The notes under the pieces were generated by a model that searched no databases, was not told where the DNA came from, and worked only from the letters and a program-made list of their open reading frames with translations. Shown piece by piece: positions 26,907 through 35,587 of a stretch of 64,000 bases of DNA. This stretch comes from Candidatus Pacearchaeota archaeon. Its GTDB lineage: Archaea; Nanobdellota; Nanobdellia; Pacearchaeales; GW2011-AR1. The stretch covers positions 346,224 to 410,223 of the forward strand of contig JBAZWF010000001.1 of NCBI GenBank assembly GCA_041660485.1, given 5' to 3'. The first letter of the stretch is position 1, and every line of letters starts with the position of its first letter. The translations under genes were made by a program, and so were the position numbers.

Positions 26907-28778
26907 ATGGCAAAGAATAAATTTTATGTAACAACCCCAATATATTACCCAAACGACATTCCACATATTGGGCATGCATATACTACAATAGTAGGAGATG
27001 TCTTAGCTAGATGGAATTCTTTGTTGGGAAAAGATGTTTTCTTTTTAACTGGAACAGATGAACACGGGAAGAAAATACAAGAAGCTGCAAAAAATCATAA
27101 TAAACAATCAAAACAATTTGTTGATGAAGTTGTTCCAAGATTTAAAGAAGCATGGAAAAAATTGAATATAAATTATAATCGTTTTATTAGAACAACTGAT
27201 GAAGATCATAAAAAAACTGTTCAGGAAATTTTAAAAATTGTTTATAAAAAAGGAGATATTTATCTTGGAGAGTATGAAGGTTTTTATTGTGTTCCTTGTG
27301 AAGCATATTATCTTGAAAAAGATTTAGTTGATGGATGTTGTCCGGTTCATAAGAAGCAGGTTGATAAATTAAAAGAAAAATCATATTTTTTTAAACTAAG
27401 CAAATATCAGAAAAAATTATTAGAATATTATAAAAAATATCCAGAATTTATACAGCCAGAATCAAAAAGACAGGAAATAATTAATAGAGTTAAAGAAAGG
27501 CTTGATGATTTAAGTATTTCGCGAACAAGTTTTAAATGGGGAATTGAAATTCCTTTTGATAAATCACATATAACTTATGTTTGGTTTGATGCTCTTACAA
27601 ATTATCTTTCTGGAGTTGGCTATCAGAATAATAAAAAACAATTTAAAGAATTCTGGCCGGCAGATGTTCATTTAGTTGGAAAAGATATTTTATGGTTTCA
27701 TGCAGTTATTTGGCCAGCAATACTAATGTCTACAGGGATAAAATTGCCTAAAAAAATATTTGCACATGGTTGGTGGACTTTTGAAAAAGAAAAAATATCA
27801 AAATCTCGTGGCAAAGTAGTTAATGTTGATGAATTGATTTCATTTGCAGGAGTTGATTCTGCAAGATACTTTTTGCTTAGAGAAACTCCTTTTGGACAAG
27901 ATGGAGATTTTTCTTCACAAGCGCTAATTGAAAGGCATAATGGAGAGTTAGCAAATAAATTCGGAAATCTAATTTCAAGAGTTTCAGCTCTTGCTGAAAA
28001 AGAAGGAATTAAAAAAACAGAAAATAAGCTGGTAAAAAAATTAAAACTAAAAGAAATTAAAAAGCATATTGATAATCTTGAATTTGATAAAGCATTAAAT
28101 GAAATATTTTCATTTATAGATATTTGTAACGAATATATTCAGGCTAAAAAACCATGGGAAGATAAAACAAAAGATAAAGATAAAATACTTTATGAATTAG
28201 CTGATTCAATAAAAACAATTGCTATTTTGTTATGGCCATTTATCCCTGAAACAAGTGAGAAAATAGCAAAGCAATTTAATTTTAAAATTGATTACCAGTC
28301 AATTAAAACTCCATTAAAGCCAGGTAAAATAGAAAAATCTGAGATTTTGTTTAAGAAAATAGAAATAAAAGAAGAAAACAAACAATCAGAGCAACCAAAA
28401 GATATTAAAATTATGAATGATAAGAAAATAGAGGGAATAATTACAATGGGTTCAATTGATTATAAAGACTGGGAAAAACTTGATTTAAGAGTTGGAAAAA
28501 TAATTAGTGTTGAAAATATAGAAGGAGCTGACAAACTATACAAACTTTCAATTGATATTGGCTCTGAAAAAAGAACTGTCTGTGCCGGACTTAAAAAATT
28601 TTATACAAAAGAACAATTGAAAAACAAGAAAATAATTCTTTTTGTAAATCTTGCTCCGAGAATGATGAGGGGTATTGAAAGTCAAGGTATGATTTTAGCA
28701 GCTGTTAATGAAGATGAAAGTAAAGTTATTCTTATTTCTCCTGAAAAAGACATTGAAATAGGTAGTAAAATCAGATAA
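26907..28778 (+). CDS. metG: methionyl-tRNA synthetase with a C-terminal tRNA-binding (Trbp111/EMAP-like) domain
   Basis: PIYYPNDIPHIGHAY (HIGH), KISKSRG (KMSKS), and a C-terminal OB domain LDLRVGKI...GIESQGMIL. Confidence 0.9.
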   Translation: MAKNKFYVTTPIYYPNDIPHIGHAYTTIVGDVLARWNSLLGKDVFFLTGTDEHGKKIQEAAKNHNKQSKQFVDEVVPRFKEAWKKLNINYNRFIRTTDEDHKKTVQEILKIVYKKGDIYLGEYEGFYCVPCEAYYLEKDLVDGCCPVHKKQVDKLKEKSYFFKLSKYQKKLLEYYKKYPEFIQPESKRQEIINRVKERLDDLSISRTSFKWGIEIPFDKSHITYVWFDALTNYLSGVGYQNNKKQFKEFWPADVHLVGKDILWFHAVIWPAILMSTGIKLPKKIFAHGWWTFEKEKISKSRGKVVNVDELISFAGVDSARYFLLRETPFGQDGDFSSQALIERHNGELANKFGNLISRVSALAEKEGIKKTENKLVKKLKLKEIKKHIDNLEFDKALNEIFSFIDICNEYIQAKKPWEDKTKDKDKILYELADSIKTIAILLWPFIPETSEKIAKQFNFKIDYQSIKTPLKPGKIEKSEILFKKIEIKEENKQSEQPKDIKIMNDKKIEGIITMGSIDYKDWEKLDLRVGKIISVENIEGADKLYKLSIDIGSEKRTVCAGLKKFYTKEQLKNKKIILFVNLAPRMMRGIESQGMILAAVNEDESKVILISPEKDIEIGSKIR

Positions 28779-28779
28779 G

Positions 28780-29547
28780 TTACTTCTTCAACCTTAAATT
28801 CATCATTATCTTTTCAAAAATCCCATATTCTTCACTATATTCTTTATCAAGAAGTTTAGCTGCAATAACTCTATAACTTCTAGCAGACTTGCTTTTAGGA
28901 TGAGTTGATAAAATAGAGTTTCTCATTGCAAGAGATTCTTGTATATTTTCATCTTCAGGAACAATACCTAAAATTGGAAGTTCAAGCATTTCTTTAATGT
29001 TAGCTAAAGGCATTTCACTTTTATTTCCTTTAACTCTTGTGATTATAACTCCTTTAATAGTTTTTCCCATACTTTCAGCAAGTTTAGCAGTTTTCAAAGC
29101 ATCTGTAACAGCAGGCATTTCTGGATTTGTTACAATTATAATTTCATCAGCAATTGAAAGAGCAGTTGTTGCTTCACTCCCTAAACCTGCTGCTGAATCA
29201 AAAATAACAATATCAGAAACTTTTCTTAAATCTTTTGCAACATTAAAAAGTTCTTTTTCATCTATACTCATAAGCTCTTTAATTGAAAGAGAAGAAGGAA
29301 TAACTTTTGCTCCAGAATCATGCTCATAAATTGCATCAACCAAATCTGCCTTACCAGAAAGCACATGATTTAAAGTAACTGGTACAACAGGAGCACCTAA
29401 ATGCAAACCAACATTAGGTGTTGATAAATTAACATCTACAAGGGTAACATCATGATCAAAAAGACTTATAGCAGTAGCAAGATTAACAGCAGTAGTTGTT
29501 TTTCCGACACCACCTTTCCCTGAAGTAATTACGATAAACTTTGACAT
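28780..29547 (-). CDS. minD: MinD/ParA-family ATPase
   Basis: Deviant Walker A SGKGGVGKTT, in a protein of about 255 aa. Confidence 0.75.
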   Translation of the reverse strand: MSKFIVITSGKGGVGKTTTAVNLATAISLFDHDVTLVDVNLSTPNVGLHLGAPVVPVTLNHVLSGKADLVDAIYEHDSGAKVIPSSLSIKELMSIDEKELFNVAKDLRKVSDIVIFDSAAGLGSEATTALSIADEIIIVTNPEMPAVTDALKTAKLAESMGKTIKGVIITRVKGNKSEMPLANIKEMLELPILGIVPEDENIQESLAMRNSILSTHPKSKSARSYRVIAAKLLDKEYSEEYGIFEKIMMNLRLKK

Positions 29548-29598
29548 TTTAGCAATTTTTTAGTTTCCTTTGAATTAGAAAACAGTCGTTTTCTGAAA

Positions 29599-30039
29599 CT
29601 AAGATGAGAGAAATTGTTTAAGATAATTTATAAACTTTTCTAAGGTAACTGAATACTCCTTTAGCTTGTCTAAATTGATTTTTATAACCTCTCCACGGTA
29701 TGTTACTTTCAAAGCAACATTTTTTCTAAATTCTCCCTCAGATTCTTTTTGAAGTTCTTCAACCCTCCTAAACATTTCATATAAATCAATTGTCTCAAGG
29801 ACAATAGACTCTTTTTTAAAAATCTCTTTTAAAATATCAATTTTCTGTTTTGGAGACTGAGGAATTGACTTAATTATCTTCTTTTTCTTCGCATTTTCCA
29901 AAAGACGGTCTAATCCATAATCAATCATAATTGTCCATCTAAGAATAAGATTAACTATAACTTCAGAAGTCTTAGTATATTTCAAACTAACATAAAGTAG
30001 GTGATCTGCACTTATTTTTTCTTTAATAATTCTGTCCAT
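29599..30039 (-). CDS. hypothetical protein
   Basis: 146-aa ORF downstream of the minD-like gene. Confidence 0.4.
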   Translation of the reverse strand: MDRIIKEKISADHLLYVSLKYTKTSEVIVNLILRWTIMIDYGLDRLLENAKKKKIIKSIPQSPKQKIDILKEIFKKESIVLETIDLYEMFRRVEELQKESEGEFRKNVALKVTYRGEVIKINLDKLKEYSVTLEKFINYLKQFLSS

Positions 30040-30293
30040 TTATTACACTTTAGGCCGTTTTTGATAAAAATGAAATTAGAATCCACAGCAAGCCAGTATA
30101 TATATTTTATTATAATAAAAATAACTGACAAGATTTGTGGGAAATTGGGTATTACATTCTAATAGGTTAATATCCTCGTTAGGCGTAGGAATTAAAGGCA
30201 GCGCTAGTATAAATACCTTTTGTTTAAAAGAAAATAAGCCTAAAACCTATAATCAATCAAAAAGATTAAAAACAAGCCCTTTTTCTAAGATAA

Positions 30294-31661
30294 ATGGTAA
30301 TGATTGGACTTGAAATACACGGATATCTCGCAACTAAAGAAAAGCTTTTTTGTAAGTGTAAGAATGAAAATAAAAATATAACACCAAATACAAATATTTG
30401 TCCAATCTGCACAGCTCAGCCAGGTTGCAAACCAATGCCTCCAAATGCAGAAGCAATTAAAAAAATAATTCAAATTGCATTAATGCTTAATAGTAAAGTT
30501 AATACTCATGAAATTGGAAAAAAATTAATCTGGCAGAGAAAACATTATAATTGGCCTGATTTACCAAAAGGATATCAAAATACTATATCTGGAGCTCATG
30601 CCATTCCAGTTGCTGAAAAAGGAAAGTTCTTAGGAATTAATATTACAGAAATGCATTTAGAAGAAGATCCTGCAGCTTGGGACCCTGAAACCGGTTGCAT
30701 AGACTACAATCGTTCAGGCGCACCACTAATAGAAATTGTTACAGAGCCAGAATTTAGCTCATCAGAACAAGTTGCAGACTGGTTAAAAAAACTAATTTTA
30801 ACATTATCATATATTAAAGCAATTGATAAAGAATCGGGAATAAAAGCAGATGTAAATGTCAGCATTCATAATTTATCTGAAAGAACAGAAATAAAAAATA
30901 TGCATTCAATTTCTGAAATAATTAAAGCAATTGAATATGAACTTAAAAGACATTCAAAAGAAAAACCTAAAACAAAAGAAACCCGTCGATGGAATTCTGA
31001 AACCGGAAAAACAGAGCAAATGAGAGAAAAAGAAGCTGCAGCAGATTATCGGTTTATTTCAGACCCGGATTTGCCAGTAATTAAAATATTTGATAAACAA
31101 GTTAAAGAAATTAAAAAACAACTTCCAGAAACTCCTCAAGAAAAACTTGAGAAGATAATTAAAAAATATAAGATAAGTCAGAAAGATGCAGAAGTTTTAA
31201 CAAATAATTTAGAACTTGTTGAATTCTTCGAAGCTGTTTCAGAAAAAATAAATCCACAGTTTGCACTTCATTGGGTTACTGGAGAATTATTAAGAATATT
31301 AAATTATAATAAAACAACTTTAGACCAGGTAAACATAAAACCCGAGCATTTTATAGAGTTAATTCAATATGTTCACGATAAAAAATTAACCGAGCTGAAA
31401 GCAAAGCAAATATTAAATAAATTTATTCCAAGCTCATTTTCACCAAAAAGTGAATTAGAAACCTCAGCGAGAATTTCAGACAAATCTCAGCTTGCAAACT
31501 GGGCAAAAGAAGCAATAAAAAATAATCCTCAGGCAGTCCAAGATTTCAAAGCAGGAAAAGCAGAGGCTCTTAATTTCCTAATAGGAATAATAATGAAACT
31601 TTCAGAGCGCAGAGCAGACTATGCTCTTGCCAAAGACGAGCTGTTAAAGTTGCTGAGGTAA
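30294..31661 (+). CDS. gatB: aspartyl/glutamyl-tRNA amidotransferase subunit B
   Basis: IGLEIHGYL...KLFCKC N-terminus and a C-terminal YqeY-like tail (ALNFLIGIIMK). Confidence 0.85.
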   Translation: MVMIGLEIHGYLATKEKLFCKCKNENKNITPNTNICPICTAQPGCKPMPPNAEAIKKIIQIALMLNSKVNTHEIGKKLIWQRKHYNWPDLPKGYQNTISGAHAIPVAEKGKFLGINITEMHLEEDPAAWDPETGCIDYNRSGAPLIEIVTEPEFSSSEQVADWLKKLILTLSYIKAIDKESGIKADVNVSIHNLSERTEIKNMHSISEIIKAIEYELKRHSKEKPKTKETRRWNSETGKTEQMREKEAAADYRFISDPDLPVIKIFDKQVKEIKKQLPETPQEKLEKIIKKYKISQKDAEVLTNNLELVEFFEAVSEKINPQFALHWVTGELLRILNYNKTTLDQVNIKPEHFIELIQYVHDKKLTELKAKQILNKFIPSSFSPKSELETSARISDKSQLANWAKEAIKNNPQAVQDFKAGKAEALNFLIGIIMKLSERRADYALAKDELLKLLR

Positions 31662-31993
31662 AATTTTATTCTCTCAATCATGCTAGCAAACCTAATTTGT
31701 TCAGATAATTGGGGAATAGAAATTTCTCTGCCATCATCTAATTTTATTCTGCAACAATATTTATTATAATCTGAATCATCTCTATCTCTCATGCCCCATT
31801 GCCCATCTTGATTTTGTAAATACTCTGGAATAATTTCAAGTTCCTCAATAATTCCACAATGAGAATCATGCCAGCACAAAGTATCAGCAACTTTAATAGC
31901 ATTTTCTGGAATATTTTCACTATGTTGATAATTACCAATAGAATGAAACTCGTTAAAAACAACTTTATCCCAAATATTAAATTTAAGTTTCAT
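31619..31993 (-). CDS. hypothetical protein (paralog A flanking the toxin-antitoxin pair)
   Basis: Shares MK..F...D.V and the C-terminal KLDDGR.IS with 32643-32960. Its 3' end overlaps gatB convergently by 43 nt. Confidence 0.45.
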   Translation of the reverse strand: MKLKFNIWDKVVFNEFHSIGNYQHSENIPENAIKVADTLCWHDSHCGIIEELEIIPEYLQNQDGQWGMRDRDDSDYNKYCCRIKLDDGREISIPQLSEQIRFASMIERIKFYLSNFNSSSLARA

Positions 31994-32096
31994 AATAAAG
32001 TAATATTTAATAGCTTTATCAATTTTATTATACTAAATTCATTTTTATATGGAGTGCTCTGCACTTTAAATAAACTGCTGAGATAAAACTTTATTC

Positions 32097-32357
32097 TTAC
32101 TCATAAATCTTATCGTGATGATCAAAATCTAAAATTCTTACAATTCCTCTAAGATAATCTATTTCAAAAGTTAGGACAAAATGCCCAAAATGAATTCTTC
32201 TTTCACCTTTCATGTTTCCTCTTAATGGCTTAAAATGTTCTGGATTTATTTTAAGCTCTTCAATCTTTTTTGTTATTGCTTCAAAAAGAACTTTATTTTT
32301 CTTAGCTATTTTATAGAATTTTCTATCAGCTAATTCAGAAACCTCAATAATATACAT
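32097..32357 (-). CDS. relE: RelE/ParE-family type II toxin
   Basis: 86 aa. Pattern ...KI..L..NP...KPL.G...G..R...G.F.L.F.ID... Lies immediately downstream of an RHH gene. Confidence 0.7.
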   Translation of the reverse strand: MYIIEVSELADRKFYKIAKKNKVLFEAITKKIEELKINPEHFKPLRGNMKGERRIHFGHFVLTFEIDYLRGIVRILDFDHHDKIYE

Positions 32358-32374
32358 AAAAAAACTAAATTAAT

Positions 32375-32596
32375 TTATCTTATATATCTTTTCTTAAAAT
32401 CATCAACTTTAACAAATCTACCTTTTCTAATTGTTTCAAGTTTCATGAGATATTCTTCTCTAACTTTAGGGCTCTCTGCCATTTGAGCTTGTATAAATAT
32501 CTCAACCTGTTTACTCATACTTATACCATTTGCCTTGCAAAACTCAGAAAACTTCTTGTAAACTTCTTCATTTAAGTTAAATGTCTTTAATACCAT
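32375..32596 (-). CDS. ribbon-helix-helix antitoxin
   Basis: 73 aa. The N-terminal beta strand plus helices (KTFNLNEEVYKKFSEFCKANGISMSKQVE) are typical of CopG/RHH proteins. Confidence 0.6.
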   Translation of the reverse strand: MVLKTFNLNEEVYKKFSEFCKANGISMSKQVEIFIQAQMAESPKVREEYLMKLETIRKGRFVKVDDFKKRYIR

Positions 32597-32642
32597 GTTA
32601 TTTAATATTAAATAAGGTTATTTAAATATTTCTAATCAAGTT

Positions 32643-32960
32643 TTAAATTTGCTGAGATGAATGAACTTCTGTTAAATGATATAAACAACGACTAGTTGAT
32701 ATTTTTCTGCCATCATCTAATTTTACTGTGTAACGATAAAAACGTGGATCGTCATCATACAGTACGTTAAATGGTGAATTATCCTCTTCTGATTTAGGAA
32801 ATAATCTCTTCTTACTAGTTATTGTTCCAAAGTTATACTCGATATAACCTCTAGTATGCCCATAAAGCATCTTATAAAAAGAACTATCTTTATCAAGCTC
32901 ATTAATATCCCGCTCATCCCCATAAACACATCTATCTCCTACTCTAAATCCTCGTTTCAT
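32643..32960 (-). CDS. hypothetical protein (paralog B flanking the toxin-antitoxin pair)
   Basis: See 31619-31993. Shares the YRYTVKLDDGRKIS motif. Confidence 0.45.
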   Translation of the reverse strand: MKRGFRVGDRCVYGDERDINELDKDSSFYKMLYGHTRGYIEYNFGTITSKKRLFPKSEEDNSPFNVLYDDDPRFYRYTVKLDDGRKISTSRCLYHLTEVHSSQQI

Positions 32961-33010
32961 AAAAATATTATTTCCAAATAGTTTATTAATATTACTATAC
33001 TAAAAACATC

Positions 33011-33151
33011 ATGCACTACAAATGCGAAAACTGCCAAAAAATGATTCAAGATTATTGGCGAATGATTAAATGCCAAATAAACAAAAAAGACGAAATCTAT
33101 TTCTGCAGTGATTCCTGCAAAGAAGAGTTTGAGAAAAAGAAGAGGAAATAA
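33011..33151 (+). CDS. small zinc-binding protein (TRASH/YHS-like Cys pattern)
   Basis: 46-aa ORF not in the supplied track: MHYKCENCQKMI...IYFCSDSCKEEFEKKKRK. Confidence 0.35.
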   Translation: MHYKCENCQKMIQDYWRMIKCQINKKDEIYFCSDSCKEEFEKKKRK

Positions 33152-33318
33152 TAATTAAATAAACATAACATATTGGTTTGTGCTGTGCAAAACCTTCCTA
33201 TTTTAACATCATTTAAACATTGATTAATAAGTTATTAAAATTTAAATCATATTTAATCTTTAGATGTCACATTTCCTAATAAGGAGGGTAGAGCGGTAGG
33301 GAAACTTGGTTCCCTGCG

Positions 33319-34452
33319 CTACTTAATCAAACCCAACTCCAAAATAATTGCTCCAATTAAAAGCAAAGAAATAATTAGAATAACTAACCAATTTATTGGT
33401 AGCCAATACTCTGGTTTTCTCTCACTGTATTTTTTAGATTGATAATTCATTAATAAAATTAAAATCCCTGTCAAACCTCCAGAAACAACCCCTCCAATTC
33501 CTAATATATTTTTAAAATCAAGTAAATTAAAAAAACTTATCAGCAAATACAAAGCCAAAGGCAAAATTGAAACTAAAATAAATGCATTTCTTTTATTAAT
33601 TTTCAAATCAGTTTTAAACATATCTCTTAAAGCAAAACTTAAAACAAAAAAACTGGTAGTCATTGTAAAAACTCCGAGGAGTCCAATTAACCTGCCAGAA
33701 GATAAAGTTGCAACTTCTTTAACCTCTATTCCAAAAGCCCCAACAAAAGCAAGTGTAAATAATAAATAAGCAATAATCGGAACAACACTTCCAATAATCA
33801 ATGCTTTTTTTAAATTACTTTTATGATATTCCATTACTCTTCCAACTTCAGGAATTGCACTAAATCCAAGAAGTGAAAATAAAACAACCCCCATTGGAAC
33901 AAAAAACATATTCCAATTATTATAAGAAAGATTTTCAGCTTTTAAATTAGGAAAAAAATAGAAAAATATTCCTATAATTATAATTAAAACCAAAAAAACT
34001 CCATAAGATTCAACTTTTTTCAAACCTCTAAGCCCTTCTCTTAATAACAAAGTCATAGCTAGCCAGAACAAAATTCCAAAAATAATTGCATATTGTCCGC
34101 TTCCAAATATTACATAAGATAAACTCTGCCCTTCACCAATTAAATATGCAATTAAAGCTGCATAAATTCCAAAAACCATTGCAAACACCATTAACCATTT
34201 TCCAAATTTGCCAAGATATTTTTCAGCATAACCTGTTAACTGATGATTTCCATGAGTTCTAAGCATTACTTCACCCATATACAAATGAACAAAAAGCATT
34301 AAAGCTCCAAGAATCAAGAGCCAAAATACTCCAATTAAAAATCCAGATTTTGCAAATACATAAGGCAAACCTAAAATTCCTGCTCCAATTATAGTTCCTA
34401 TTAAAGTAAAACTTCCTGCTAGCAATGTTTTTCCTCTCACTCTTTTTTCCAT
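33319..34452 (-). CDS. amino acid permease (Trp/Tyr-permease-like family)
   Basis: About 11 TM helices. N-terminal GTIIGAGILGLPY motif. Confidence 0.6.
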   Translation of the reverse strand: MEKRVRGKTLLAGSFTLIGTIIGAGILGLPYVFAKSGFLIGVFWLLILGALMLFVHLYMGEVMLRTHGNHQLTGYAEKYLGKFGKWLMVFAMVFGIYAALIAYLIGEGQSLSYVIFGSGQYAIIFGILFWLAMTLLLREGLRGLKKVESYGVFLVLIIIIGIFFYFFPNLKAENLSYNNWNMFFVPMGVVLFSLLGFSAIPEVGRVMEYHKSNLKKALIIGSVVPIIAYLLFTLAFVGAFGIEVKEVATLSSGRLIGLLGVFTMTTSFFVLSFALRDMFKTDLKINKRNAFILVSILPLALYLLISFFNLLDFKNILGIGGVVSGGLTGILILLMNYQSKKYSERKPEYWLPINWLVILIISLLLIGAIILELGLIK

Positions 34453-34471
34453 TTTAAAATTAATCTTTTAT

Positions 34472-34580
34472 GGGTCTAAGAGGATTTGAACACTTCAAAA
34501 CAAAGTTTTGAACGTCGCCAAGAATTTTATTCTTGTGCGCTTACAATTTATTTAAATTGTAAGGTGAAAATCCTCTACCC
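34472..34580. ncRNA. 109-nt four-way-junction (cloverleaf-topology) element built on a copy of the tRNA-Arg 3' end
   Basis: The closing stem pairs 34472-34487 with 34568-34580 (13 bp with a 3-nt bulge). It encloses three perfect hairpins at 34494-34512 (8 bp), 34519-34535 (7 bp) and 34540-34563 (10 bp). All pairs are Watson-Crick. Confidence 0.55.
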
Positions 34581-34587
34581 TTTTTAA

Positions 34588-34661
34588 TGGGTCTAAGAGG
34601 ATTTGAACCCCTATCGCCCGGTCCGAAGCCGAGAGCTCTATCCAGGTTAAGCTATAGACCC
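34588..34661 (-). tRNA. tRNA-Arg(UCG)
   Basis: Acceptor stem GGGUCUA/UAGACCC, anticodon loop CUUCGGA, T arm AGGGG-UUCAAAU-CCUCU, discriminator A. Confidence 0.85.
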
Positions 34662-34738
34662 ACAATAATTCTAATAATCTTGCCTTTAATATCTTTGCTT
34701 TACATAAGATTAATAAATCTAATTTATCTCATAAGTTC

Positions 34739-35587
34739 ATGAAAAAACTTCATATAACTCTAACAACAATTACAATAATAATACAAATATTCACAATAGT
34801 TGCATTAGTTTATCTTAACATAAATTTAATTACTCTTCAAAATACAACAAGTCTTGCATTAAATAAAACTATTACCGATTTTGATAATAAACTTTCAAAC
34901 AATCAACAAAGAAACGATGATAAAATGCTTGAACTTACAAATAATTTAGTAAATACCCAAAGAAGCTTAGCAAGTCAAATGGAACAATTAAAAGCAGATA
35001 CAACTGCTGATTTCTCTAGAATTATTCCAACAGTTCTAAAAGGAGTTGTAAGTGTATCAACAGATGTTGCACAAGGTTCAGGATTTATAATAAGTAAAGA
35101 AGGTTATATTGTAACAAATGCTCATGTTCTTTCTGGAGGGCATTACGCAAGAATTCTCCCATATCAAAGCGACAAGTGGATTTCAGCAGAACTAATCGGC
35201 TATGATTTAAATATGGACATTGCAGTATTAAAAATAACTTCTGCAGAAAATTATTTAACATTTGAAAATTCAGATAATGTTCAAATAGGTGAAAAGGTAA
35301 TTGCTCTTGGAAATCCACTAGGATTATCTTTTTCAGTTAGTGAAGGAATAATAAGTGCTCGTGATAGGGAAGGAATAAATAATCTAAATGCTTATTTCCA
35401 AGTTGATGTACCATTAAATCCAGGCAATTCAGGAGGGCCTTTAGTAAATAAAGCAGGAAAAGTAGTTGGTATAAACAATTTTAAACTACAAGATTCTGAG
35501 AATTTAGGATTCTCACTAGAATCAAACTATGCAAGAGATGCAATAAATAAAATATTAAATGAAGAACAAATAGGAGTTACAATATAA
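34739..35587 (+). CDS. membrane-anchored HtrA/DegP-like serine protease (no PDZ domain seen)
   Basis: GSGFIISKEGYIVTNAHV (His), DIAVLKI (Asp), GNSGGPLVN (Ser), and an N-terminal TM helix. Confidence 0.75.
   Translation: MKKLHITLTTITIIIQIFTIVALVYLNINLITLQNTTSLALNKTITDFDNKLSNNQQRNDDKMLELTNNLVNTQRSLASQMEQLKADTTADFSRIIPTVLKGVVSVSTDVAQGSGFIISKEGYIVTNAHVLSGGHYARILPYQSDKWISAELIGYDLNMDIAVLKITSAENYLTFENSDNVQIGEKVIALGNPLGLSFSVSEGIISARDREGINNLNAYFQVDVPLNPGNSGGPLVNKAGKVVGINNFKLQDSENLGFSLESNYARDAINKILNEEQIGVTI

Noticed and set aside
33319-33321. Programmed TAG read-through or recoding (Pyl-like) at the two TAG-CGCAGGG stops (33319 and 50908).
   Set aside because: Other genes in the window also end in TAG without this context (for example 22375 and 29599). 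The putative extensions are short and unconserved between the two genes beyond the shared nucleotides, and no pyl genes are visible. It is kept only as a minor alternative in the findings.
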